IMG/VR virus record: IMGVR_UViG_2894272399_000002
Location: 1 to 64,000 of that record
Origin: a virus
Lineage: Duplodnaviria; Caudoviricetes
DNA: 64,000 bases
Reading direction: 5' to 3' (one strand)
Shown here: positions 9,597-19,500 of the stretch, one piece after another
Layout of the letters: each line of letters opens with the position of its first letter
Position numbering within the stretch: position 1 is the stretch's first letter
Notes under the pieces: generated by a model
What the model was told of the DNA's origin: nothing
Seen by the model: only the letters and a program-made list of their open reading frames with translations
Databases searched by the model: none
Program-made: the position numbers and the translations under genes

Positions 9597-10151
9597 CTAC
9601 ACTCCAAACTTAACAGATGCACGAACAATTCCGTAGACGAACGCTAGCAGACCAAACAAAAGATACAAGCCTAGAATAACCCTGAATAATCGACGCCTTG
9701 CTAGATGCCGTTTATGGAACTCCGAACACTTTGAAACGAGGATAGCTAGGCTTAATTCAAGGTCAGAAATGCTCCCGCTCATGACGGATTCTCTAATATC
9801 ATAGATGAGCCGACTGAAAATCTCGTTGACCTTCGCTTTTTCTTTATCGGTACAAAAACCCTCCCAGACAAATCGCAAGGTTGATTGACGGTCATCATAG
9901 TCACCGAGGCCGATTGTCATGGCTCCAAATTCAGTAACCAAATTAAACTGACTCATCAGCCCAAGTAGAAAGTAAAAATTAAAGACTGAAACTGAACGAT
10001 CAACAGCTGACTTATTTTCCATTGCTGTGGCTAAAAGGTCAAGCCCTGCGTCATCACTTTTGACCCACACCATGTCTCGAGACCTGTTTGGCCCGACAAT
10101 TGCAAATTTAACTGGAGAGTTATTAACTACTATACTAAATTCTTTACCCAT
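9597..10151 (-). CDS. Hypothetical protein with C-terminal TM anchor
   Basis: Basic patch followed by a hydrophobic C-terminal helix; directly downstream of the GTPase gene. Confidence 0.65.
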   Translation of the reverse strand: MGKEFSIVVNNSPVKFAIVGPNRSRDMVWVKSDDAGLDLLATAMENKSAVDRSVSVFNFYFLLGLMSQFNLVTEFGAMTIGLGDYDDRQSTLRFVWEGFCTDKEKAKVNEIFSRLIYDIRESVMSGSISDLELSLAILVSKCSEFHKRHLARRRLFRVILGLYLLFGLLAFVYGIVRASVKFGV

Positions 10152-10179
10152 TTTTAGATAATAACGAGTTGAAACATAA

Positions 10180-11004
10180 TCAAGCGCGTGCTTTCAATTT
10201 TTCCATAAATCCATTAAGATCTGGAACAATTTCATTAGAATGAAGAGACAAGGTCACCACATCTGCAAAGTTACCATTTCTCCATTTCGAAAATTCATCT
10301 GTATAAAATTGTTCGAAAATTACTTGATCGTTCGCGGAGGCCTGCTGCCAGAGGTCTCGCTTGTTCACTAGCACCTCAATCCACTTCTTTTTAGATACGT
10401 TCGTCTGTATCAAATGCCTTCTAAGTTGATCATATAATTGTGTAATTTCTTTCAATCTACCATCTGATAACGCTGAATCCACATGTGAAAAATTGTGATC
10501 AAGAATTACACAAATGTAATCCGCAATCTCCGCTATTTTAAATTGCTGGGTATTCCATTCTCCGGCTCCGTCAAGAACTACTATAAACTGCTGTGCTTGC
10601 TCTGGGATTGCTATGATTTGCCCAGTTATGGTCTGTGTTCTTCTTCGGGGAAGGTTTTGAAATTTCAGATACTCTTTTAAGGTGGTTTTCCCAACAGCCT
10701 TCGGACCGATAAACCCTATAGTCTTTAATGGCGGGTAAATGTCATTTAACTCGTTAATATCGAGATGCTTGCCCAGTAAATCCTCAGCCTTTCTCTTTGA
10801 TACGGGAAATGCTTTCACTATGGCATACACAAAAGTGCCCACTGCAAGAAAAACCCCACCTCCGCTTAATGCCGATGCAAGTGCTGTGCCAGAAAAAATA
10901 GTAACTCCCGAAACGCCCATAAGGGTACCGCCAATTCCTGTTACACCGGCAATTCCGTTCAGTTCATTAGCAAAACGGGGCCCCCAAGATTTCCAATTTC
11001 TCAT
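10180..11004 (-). CDS. Membrane-anchored small GTPase
   Basis: G1 GPKAVGKT, G3 DGAG, G4 NKRD; Gly-rich N-terminal hydrophobic helices. Confidence 0.8.
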   Translation of the reverse strand: MRNWKSWGPRFANELNGIAGVTGIGGTLMGVSGVTIFSGTALASALSGGGVFLAVGTFVYAIVKAFPVSKRKAEDLLGKHLDINELNDIYPPLKTIGFIGPKAVGKTTLKEYLKFQNLPRRRTQTITGQIIAIPEQAQQFIVVLDGAGEWNTQQFKIAEIADYICVILDHNFSHVDSALSDGRLKEITQLYDQLRRHLIQTNVSKKKWIEVLVNKRDLWQQASANDQVIFEQFYTDEFSKWRNGNFADVVTLSLHSNEIVPDLNGFMEKLKARA

Positions 11005-11608
11005 TATTGTAAGAAGTTTTATATCGGTTTTCCCACTTTCCCATCACCCCTACCGGATCATAAACCACAAACGCCCCTCCATAATACCAAATCTTTTTTC
11101 CGGCTTCAATATATTCCAAAGCTTTCCATTCCATATTATACTCACGGGCAAGTGATAAAACGTATTTTCGTTGGCTTTCCCGGAGTTTAGAAAAGAAGTC
11201 AATGGAGTGCCGAAGAACGCGCTGCTCGTTCTCAAAATCCTTCTGCTTGCGGTAAATCGAAATCAACAGGTCATACGGCTTGTAATTGGGGTAACGCTGC
11301 TCCAACAACGTTTCATAGGCCCAGATTGCCCGTTCTACATTGCCAGCCTTGTAATCTGCCTGCGCTTGGCTGATCACCGACGAGAACCAACGTTTGATTT
11401 GCCCGTACTCGAAGTAGTACTTAAACGGCACCGGCTTGTTGAGCATCAGAAAATCATTCGTGCTCATTCCTTCCGGCTTGTTGAAGTAAAAGTTGAAAGG
11501 AGGAAACTGCCTTTGGATCTGAATGAGCATGTCGCCAAGCGGGATACCGGGATCCACCTTGAAAACACCATCAGGAATTTGAAGAGCAAACGTTTCTTTC
11601 TCCGTCAT
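10967..11608 (-). CDS. TPR-like helical protein
   Basis: GNVERAIWAYE...PYDLLISIYRK TPR-like pattern. Confidence 0.55.
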   Translation of the reverse strand: MTEKETFALQIPDGVFKVDPGIPLGDMLIQIQRQFPPFNFYFNKPEGMSTNDFLMLNKPVPFKYYFEYGQIKRWFSSVISQAQADYKAGNVERAIWAYETLLEQRYPNYKPYDLLISIYRKQKDFENEQRVLRHSIDFFSKLRESQRKYVLSLAREYNMEWKALEYIEAGKKIWYYGGAFVVYDPVGVMGKWENRYKTSYNNEKLEILGAPFC

Positions 11609-11659
11609 TAAAAACTACTTTTGAACCCGCCGAATGATCATCAAAGTTACAAGAAAGTA

Positions 11660-11890
11660 ATGTCACAAGAATACACCATCGATGAGCTCAAACTATTCTT
11701 TGACAGTGCGAAACTGCCGGAAGGCCCGGTTAGCACGAATTCATACTCGACCATCCACAATCTGGAAAAATTTGTTGAAGCTCAGTTTATCCAGATAGAG
11801 CATGCGCCACGTGGGAGACACCCAATCCCGGCGTATTTGAGGTTGGTGGAGTTGAAGGAGTGGTTGGAGAAGGGAGATCTATCTGTTTAA
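11660..11890 (+). CDS. Small hypothetical protein (resembles 52558-52776)
   Basis: I.EL..FF ... Y.RL.E.K pattern shared with the ORF at 52558. Confidence 0.55.
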   Translation: MSQEYTIDELKLFFDSAKLPEGPVSTNSYSTIHNLEKFVEAQFIQIEHAPRGRHPIPAYLRLVELKEWLEKGDLSV

Positions 11891-12009
11891 CAATCTTCAA
11901 ATTACAGAAAAGGCAACACTTTGTAGTTAAACTGGCTGGTAGTGTCATTCTAAATTTTGGAATTTTAAGGTAGGCTCTTAAAGTTCAGATACAATCACAC
12001 AATTTTTTT

Positions 12010-12085
12010 GAAAAATTATATACAACTTTCCAGAAAAATTATATATTTGCAAAAACAAAAACAGTCCTGCGCCAAACAGGACTGT
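12010..12085 (+). promoter_or_regulatory. Promoter with direct repeats and leader hairpin
   Basis: GAAAAATTATATA twice; TATATTTG at 12042-12049; hairpin ACAGTCCTG/CAGGACTGT at 12061-12085. Confidence 0.5.
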
Positions 12086-12135
12086 AATAATGTAGTTAAG
12101 GGGATTGCTGACCCTCATTACAAAAAAATAACTAT

Positions 12136-12783
12136 ATGATAACTATCAATGATTATCGAAGTCCCGAAATTAATACTATTTCGGGTAAAAGGCAAGGGAA
12201 ACGAAGACTTGCCAGTAAAAATGGTTGTATGCATGACCTTAATAATGAATTGCAACAGCTTTTCGACACATTTTACCAGGCGTTGGAAAATTCACAGAGG
12301 GTGCTGAACGGAATCCCCGTTCGAATACGTTCAAAAACACTCGAACCCTCTCTTATGCAAACGTTTTTCGCAGGGAGCTTGTTCGATCATTTTCAGAACA
12401 AAGCCCTGTATGGTAAATACAAGCGTCTTATTTTATCGGTGAACGGCTATATTGTTCTGTTTAAAAAACTGAACAACAAGGGCGTTCCGATGAACATTAA
12501 GACTAAAAATGTACAGATGATCAATAACCAAAGTCTCTCCCTGGATCTCTTTTCTGATTCTGATGGAGTGGAAAGTCCCATCTTGTACTTCGGGTATCAG
12601 AAGGACCGTTTTGGAGTTTGTAAAAATCCTCAGTTGATTTATATCGATGAAGAACGAGTTAAATTCTCGATAACTGAACAAGAGATTAGTTATCAAGTGC
12701 CAATGTTTACTGATCACGAAGAGTTTTCGGTGAAACCGGAATTGAAAGCCGGATTGAAATCTAAAATTAATAAGGCGATTTAA
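12136..12783 (+). CDS. Hypothetical protein, partner of HTH-ImmA
   Basis: 215-aa ORF co-oriented just upstream of the HTH-metallopeptidase. Confidence 0.7.
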   Translation: MITINDYRSPEINTISGKRQGKRRLASKNGCMHDLNNELQQLFDTFYQALENSQRVLNGIPVRIRSKTLEPSLMQTFFAGSLFDHFQNKALYGKYKRLILSVNGYIVLFKKLNNKGVPMNIKTKNVQMINNQSLSLDLFSDSDGVESPILYFGYQKDRFGVCKNPQLIYIDEERVKFSITEQEISYQVPMFTDHEEFSVKPELKAGLKSKINKAI

Positions 12784-12837
12784 TTTTTTGGTCAGCAATC
12801 CCCAAGACTTCTTAAACCACAAAACATTTATCATCTC

Positions 12838-13890
12838 ATGAATACCCGACAATTGATTTTCGCTAGAGAATACAGAGGGTATACGCAGTCAGAACTGTCC
12901 AATAGTATACCTGGATTATCGCAGTCAAACCTATCGAAATTTGAAAAAGGAATGGGTACCCTTTCCGAAGAAATCCAAACGAAAGTTTTCGAATTCTTGA
13001 ATTTCCCCGAAGGCTTCTTTAAAAAGAAGATTAATAGCACAATTGAAAATGGAAATTATCGCAAGAGATCAGTTATTAGCAAAACTCTCGTAAGGAGATT
13101 TGAGAACAAATGCCGCGTGATCGGTTATATGATCGATGAAATGTCGGAATCTATAAATTGGCCAGCCTTTCGACTAGCATACTTCGACTTAGAAGAAGGA
13201 TATTCCCCAAAATATGTCGCTGGGTATACTAGAAAACTGCTGCGACTTTTTAACAGAGAGCCTGTTAAGAATATTTTCGGCTTGCTAGAGAAGAGTGGCA
13301 TTATCATCCACGAGATAGAAGAATCTGAAAAATTCGATGCGGTGTCATTTTTTACTGATAAAGGTTACCCAATCATCATTCTAAACAGATCGTTTTCGAA
13401 CGATCGGAAACGATTTAATTTATCTCATGAACTTGCCCATTTATTGATGCACAATGAACTGGAATATCCAATTCCTGAGCACAGGGACAAAGAATATGAA
13501 GCCAATGTATTTGCGAGTGAATTCCTTATGCCTGAAATTGATATCAAGGACGATCTTAGAGGACTGAAATTTAGCGAACTTGCCGACTTGAAATCATACT
13601 GGCTAACATCAATGTCTTCTCTCATCCGTCGAGCGAGAGATTTAAATGGTATAGATTCTGATCGGTATCGATACCTAATGATTGAAATCAGTCGAAATGG
13701 TTACAGCAAAAAGGAACCGATTAATGTTTTCATAGACAAGCCTACGTGCTTTAAAAACGGTTATTTGTTATTCAGAGAAGAATTAGATTATAGTGACAAC
13801 GATTTAGCAGAAACTATGGCCCTTCCGATAGATATTATTAAAGATGCGTTTTCATTTGATAATCAAGTTCATTTGAGGAAAGTAGCATAG
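12838..13890 (+). CDS. XRE HTH + ImmA/IrrE (M78) zinc metallopeptidase
   Basis: N-terminal HTH (YTQSELS...SQSNLSKFEKG); RKRFNLSHELAH (HExxH) and EYEANVFASEFLMP. Confidence 0.9.
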   Translation: MNTRQLIFAREYRGYTQSELSNSIPGLSQSNLSKFEKGMGTLSEEIQTKVFEFLNFPEGFFKKKINSTIENGNYRKRSVISKTLVRRFENKCRVIGYMIDEMSESINWPAFRLAYFDLEEGYSPKYVAGYTRKLLRLFNREPVKNIFGLLEKSGIIIHEIEESEKFDAVSFFTDKGYPIIILNRSFSNDRKRFNLSHELAHLLMHNELEYPIPEHRDKEYEANVFASEFLMPEIDIKDDLRGLKFSELADLKSYWLTSMSSLIRRARDLNGIDSDRYRYLMIEISRNGYSKKEPINVFIDKPTCFKNGYLLFREELDYSDNDLAETMALPIDIIKDAFSFDNQVHLRKVA

Positions 13891-13913
13891 TGGACAAATT
13901 GTTTTAAGACTGA

Positions 13914-13939
13914 GAAAAGGGGGCTTCGGCTCCCTTTTC
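13914..13939. terminator. Intrinsic terminator, probably bidirectional
   Basis: GAAAAGGGGGC-TTCG-GCTCCCTTTTC. Confidence 0.8.
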
Positions 13940-14057
13940 ATCTCCTATAAAAACAAAAAATTTGAGGGTCGCAGATAAAAAAATGCCTTTCACCATATAC
14001 TAGCTCCTCCAATTATCCCAAATTTCCACCTTCTTAGTACCAATTACTTGCTCACCT

Positions 14058-14330
14058 ATGTTCCTCCACGGCTTCAAATTCCTGAGGGAAGTACCCGTCT
14101 CCGACATCGACGACTACCAACCTCACATAGGCTGGATATCCGGAAAGCAATTGCCCTTCAAGATTTACAGCCGATACAACGGAGCTTTCTTTTATCTCCA
14201 CGACGAGCACCTGGACAGACTATTCGAGTTCGTCACGGACGCAGACACCAAACTGAACCGGAGCGAACAACTGGATCTGGTTATTGAAGCTTATTATTTC
14301 AAGTATCCGGAGAACAAAAGAAATATGTGA
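14058..14330 (+). CDS. Hypothetical protein
   Basis: 90-aa ATG ORF of plausible composition. Confidence 0.5.
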   Translation: MFLHGFKFLREVPVSDIDDYQPHIGWISGKQLPFKIYSRYNGAFFYLHDEHLDRLFEFVTDADTKLNRSEQLDLVIEAYYFKYPENKRNM

Positions 14331-14346
14331 ATACCAGGCACCGCCA

Positions 14347-15168
14347 TCATCCAGGCAGAAAATATTTTACTATTGCACTAAACGCCGTTAAAAATCCGCT
14401 GACGGCCATAATCGGCCCTTTTGGATTTTCAGCGATCCGAATTGCCGCAATTTGGACGACTCGAAAAATTGCAATGACTATCATTACAATAATTGACCAA
14501 ATTAGAGCAACTGAAAAAAGAAAGGCAAAAACGATTAGTTCTGCTGTGAGATTTACTAAGATTATTGACATAAAAAACAGCCAAATTACATCTTCATTAG
14601 ACTTAGTTTTGGCAATCAGTTCTCGCGCTGTATAGTCAGCTGAGTCCTCCACTCGGATATCACCCGTCAATTTCAGCGAATCAATCCATTCAACAAAGTA
14701 CTGCGTTGACATCCCAAGGACGATGGAAAGGAATAGCGTTACCGTCAAATACCACATCAACGACTCTTTATAACCAATCAGACGAAGAAATTTTGGGTGT
14801 AAGAACTTATACGAAATGAAGGTTGCGCCCAAAATTAATATTACTTCGATACTGGCGTTGCTTATTTTATAAATCCAGTCCTTTGAAAAATCTGAGAAAT
14901 GTTTCGCGCTGTCATTTGTTATGTACAGAAAGAAATCGCCTGTTACAAATACTAAGCTAAAGATAGCGAAGAGTATATATTGGGTCTTTTGATGCAAGAA
15001 AAGCTTTATGAATTTCCCCGTTCGTTGATCGTCCAGCCAGATCCAAAGGATCTCAGCGTTTTTCACAATCCATTTTTTTTGATCAGCACTTAGTATAATA
15101 TCGACAAGAGTTAATGTTGCAGTCGAAAGGCCTAGGCTAAATCCGAGATTAACTAAGAACTCATTCAT
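14347..15168 (-). CDS. Polytopic membrane protein
   Basis: About 6-7 hydrophobic helices. Confidence 0.7.
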   Translation of the reverse strand: MNEFLVNLGFSLGLSTATLTLVDIILSADQKKWIVKNAEILWIWLDDQRTGKFIKLFLHQKTQYILFAIFSLVFVTGDFFLYITNDSAKHFSDFSKDWIYKISNASIEVILILGATFISYKFLHPKFLRLIGYKESLMWYLTVTLFLSIVLGMSTQYFVEWIDSLKLTGDIRVEDSADYTARELIAKTKSNEDVIWLFFMSIILVNLTAELIVFAFLFSVALIWSIIVMIVIAIFRVVQIAAIRIAENPKGPIMAVSGFLTAFSAIVKYFLPG

Positions 15169-15405
15169 CTTCGATGGGTAAATTGTGTCCAGGGGTTTAC
15201 ATAACTACTTGTCTATCAGACTAATTGATGATATAATAATACATTTTTTCTCTGATTGTTTGATCAAGAATTATTATTCGGTTAAGAAATAGAGTACGTT
15301 ATAACAAAAAAAAGCAGCCCCGAACCCGGAACCACCTTTAAGTTATACCCTCCACAATTGGAACCGCAGTTGGGCGGCGCCGTAATCAAGCAAAAAACAT
15401 ACCAC

Positions 15406-15438
15406 AAAAAAAGGAAGCCCCGAAACAGGGCCTCCTTT
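15406..15438 (-). terminator. Intrinsic terminator after the aspartic protease gene
   Basis: Minus strand AAAGGAGGCCC-TGTTTCG-GGGCTTCC followed by a T run. Confidence 0.65.
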
Positions 15439-15462
15439 CAGTATTTTTTTACAATATCAAAC

Positions 15463-15921
15463 TCAATTTTTTGTAAAATCGATTGTCGATATTGAGGGCA
15501 TCCGAAATGTTGCGATACTTATCATTCCTAAATTAGTGATAGCAAAATCGCCTAACATGATTCCCGACATGCCAACAGTGATCTCCACTGCACCCTTATG
15601 ATCAAACCCCTCAAAAACAGGATACGCTGTTATGGGAAGGATATTATCGATCAAGATGTCTACGAGATAAATCGGTGTATTCTCTTGCCGACCAGTTGCC
15701 GTAACAATGGTTACCCTCCGGTCTAATGGTTTTAATCCAAGAGCCGTTACTAACTGTTTACTAATTGTTCCATTACTTGCCCCTGTGTCAAAGAACAACT
15801 TTGCTGGGAAAGACTTCCGAGATTGGGATTTGTCTCGATTATTTAATGCTTTAAATACTTGACAATTGAATGTTATAATACTGCCTTTCTGAGCCGTGGC
15901 CTTAATTGCGATTGGTTTCAT
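15463..15921 (-). CDS. Retropepsin-like aspartic protease
   Basis: FFDTGAS catalytic motif, IVTATG flap, ITVGM. Confidence 0.75.
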   Translation of the reverse strand: MKPIAIKATAQKGSIITFNCQVFKALNNRDKSQSRKSFPAKLFFDTGASNGTISKQLVTALGLKPLDRRVTIVTATGRQENTPIYLVDILIDNILPITAYPVFEGFDHKGAVEITVGMSGIMLGDFAITNLGMISIATFRMPSISTIDFTKN

Positions 15922-16164
15922 AACGATGAGTCAAGGGTTTCAGCAAAAATACCATTCCTTGATTATCAACCATTAAACATGGACCGCAATTTACTATTCG
16001 GCAAATCACATCTAAATTAGACCAAGCAAATATCTTCAAGAAGTCGGAACCAAATACCCGTTCAACTCTGAATGTTCCCCCTTTCTTCGCTGCACTAGCC
16101 ATTTAATCAGAATTCGGGGGAATTATTGGATTAACGGTTAATTTTGTGGAAACAGACCTTCCAG

Positions 16165-16527
16165 ATGAAATATCTTGTTTTTATATTATTGTTCTCGGCA
16201 ACGGCAAGTGCCCAAGTCTTTGTCAATGGCGCCAACATCAACACTGTCAGGGAAATCAAAGTAATCGAGCTTATTGTCTTAGAAGACTTTGTTGCATCAC
16301 CCAACATCACCGCTTCTATCGATTACGGCCAAGAGCGTAAAGAACTTGAAGGCAAGATTACCAACGCAGCTGGTGAAAAAGTGAAATTCGGATCCATTGT
16401 CTGGGCAATAAATTACCTAGAAAATAGAGGATGGGAGTACGTCAATAACTCAATTATACAAAAAGGGCGTGGCGTAATTTACCGTTACTATTTCCGGAGA
16501 AAATCAACCGCCTCCGATGGAGCGTAG
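16165..16527 (+). CDS. Secreted small protein convergent with the tape measure gene
   Basis: Signal peptide MKYLVFILLFSATASA|Q; AINYL...GWEYV and YYFRRK motifs. Confidence 0.7.
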   Translation: MKYLVFILLFSATASAQVFVNGANINTVREIKVIELIVLEDFVASPNITASIDYGQERKELEGKITNAAGEKVKFGSIVWAINYLENRGWEYVNNSIIQKGRGVIYRYYFRRKSTASDGA

Positions 16528-19500
16528 CCAATCATAATTCAATGCTCTGCGGATTTCTGCCAAATCCTGCCTCATCGCGTATAGTTCTTGAGTGTTTTTA
16601 CTAATTGCCGCCAGTTCAAACAATGAGCTTCTGGCTACGATTAAATGATCGGCTTGAATAATTCTCATTGCCGTAATTTGACCCTCCAAAATGTTAACTG
16701 ACTCCTGCGAAGCCCCTGTAATGACCCCTTGCTGAGCTTTTGGCGCACTGCCTGAATTGCCATTTAGATCAACGCCGGTTACTGCCTCTATCTGATCAAA
16801 TTTCTTCTGTCCATCTTCAATGATCTTGTTGTAAAGAGCTTTTAATTCCGCGATCTCGGCATCCGTGAGCGTGTAGTCACTTAGAGAATATTCAGAGAAT
16901 TTATCATAGAACGCCTTCATATCTGCGTCCAGAAGATTTGCTTTCAATGAATTTTGGACCGCCTTCAACATCATTTGCTCGAAATCCTCTGCAAAATCCA
17001 TGGCGGATCGCTTACCATCAATAAAGCCTTGGACAATACTATCAACAATACCCTCTTCGGTCGTTCCAGTATAATAGGCTTTAAGCTCATTCATCAATTC
17101 CTTTTGCTGGGCAACCGCATCATTATATGTGTTGATCAGGTCTTCCAACGCTTTGACGTCCGCCTCAACCACTTCTTTCCCGTACAGCTTCCCTCCCCCC
17201 CTTTTAATCTCTGCAAGAAGGTTAATGTAGTCCTCAATATCTTGAAACCCGGATGTATCAACGCTTTCAAATTGATACTCTATTTTGGTCTTCGCTTTTC
17301 CGCCAGTCATTAGATTTGTCCAGAAGCCGCCAAACCCTTTATTCTCAACTTTCGTATTGAACACTGGATCAACAAATATCTCTTTTTGGGAGGCAATGGT
17401 GTCAACTGTTAGCTGTTGTAGTCGAGTAAGCGCATCTTCCTGCTGTTTGGCATATTGATCATAGAGTGAAAGCACTCCTTCTGCCCTATCCACTCCTTTT
17501 AAATCGTCAAGCAAAACGCGTTGGCGCTCCAATAGATAATTGATACCTTCCAGCTCATTGGCCAAATTCTGGTAATTCTCTACCTGGGCATCCATTGCGG
17601 TAGCCAAATCCGAAGCCTTCAACATGGCATCTCTGGCTGAAGTGATAGCGAAAGTGATTATCCCGACAATGCTACCGACCTGATCAGCAGTTGATGCGCT
17701 ACTATCCATTAAGGTTGAAATGTCGTTGAGCGCAGCGCTGATCTGCTTGAAGGAAATAGAAAATGATTTGGAGATATTGATGCTAGTATCACCCAAAATT
17801 GAATCAAGGATGCCGGCAGCTTCTTTTAGCCCGTCGGACGTATCTTTGTTCAACTCTCGTTTGGTGTTGGCCAATAGCAATTCGAGCTTTTTCCGCTCTT
17901 CGATCGATAATTTTTCCTTTTTAAGGGCCTCGTCAATATCTGCAATCCTGGCTTTAATCTGCTTCCGACCATAGTCAAGATATTGTTGATATATTTTCTT
18001 GTATGAATCCGACTGCTCAAATTCTACATCTTTGATCGCATCTAATTCCTCGTTTTTCTTTAGTTCTATTGCCTTTAATTGTCCCTCCAGTTCGTCTCCA
18101 CTAGAATTTTTCTGAGCCAACACCTTCAATTCCAAGTATCTTTTCTCGATTTGTAAGACCTTGGCTCCATTGGCATTTGCCTCGACCAGAAAATCACTCA
18201 GCATCAACTGCAATTCCCTTTTTATAGATTGTCTCATTTCGGAGACTTGCTTTAGTTTTTCGAAATCGTCCTCTGTTTTCGGAGTTCCAAGGCCCGATTG
18301 AATTGCGGCCAGATTATCTAAGGCCTCAGATAAAGAGCCTGCGCTTTGCTCAGCCTCGATCAACTGTTTGTTGAATAACTCAATCCCCGAATCCTTTCCT
18401 GTGACACGGTTTTTTTCGGTGTTAAGCAAATCGAGTTTGCTGCTATCTGCCTGGTTTAAAGGTGTAAAATCATTCAGAGATTGTAGTTTTCTAATCTCTG
18501 AATTTATATAATCCAGATATGACTCATTCCCAGCAACCAAGTTTTTGAATTGCTCATCTGCGGCTTTCTTCCCGTAAGCATCGACCCAGCGCTGATAAAG
18601 TTCATACTGCTGTTTTTTCAGTGCGATTTCTTCCTCAAATGACTTGACAGCGTAAAGTTTCCGGATGTCCTCGGCCTTCTTCTCGGCTTCGGTTTTGATC
18701 TGCATTTGCTGAGAAAGGACACTGGTATTACTACCAGGCGTTTTGTCGATTACTTCCTGGGCTTTTCTGGCAATTTCCTCCCAATACGAGATCGATCCGA
18801 ACGGGCCAATTTTATCAGCGTCCTTTTTATACTTCTGCTGCTCTTTGGTTAACTCGCCAGTTATTGCCCGACGCTTGGCATCAAGAGCATCGATTTGCTT
18901 TTGAAGTTGTTTGTATTCTGAGTTCGAAGAAGCGGTTTCCTGTTGCTCTTGAAGTGACTTAATGGAATCTGTGTAGAATTTAACCGTTTGGTCGGCATCT
19001 GACTTCTCATCAGAGATTGCTTTTTGTCTCTGTTGCCTGCGCGCCTCAATTCCCTCCCGCGACTTTTGAACAAGTGTCTTTTCGTAGTCTTCTAGTTCTT
19101 TAATTGCTTGCTCCCTGTTTCGTCGGGTAATTACATCTGCCTCTTTTTGCAAGTCGACTTTGCCTCCTGAAAAGCTTTGAGCCAAAGCCAACCCCGTGCC
19201 CTCCAAAACAGAAGGGAGAAATTCTTTATCGGCGCTCCCTGACTTTAGTTCTTTGATCCGCTCCCTGGTCTTCTGTTTCTCGTCGTACAAATTCTGCTGA
19301 ACCATCCGCTCTTTCATTGCTCGAACGGTTGCTTCAATTGCCTTTGTGCTTTCGTCTGTGGCGATGTTCTCCAAAGTAAGCGCACTTAAATGTCTGGGTG
19401 AAAGTGCGATGAGTTCCTGTAACTTTTGTTTCCGCTCTTCCTGTGATTTGGTTTCGTCCTGTATTGATTTCTTTAATTGATCAACCTTGATTTTCCGTTG

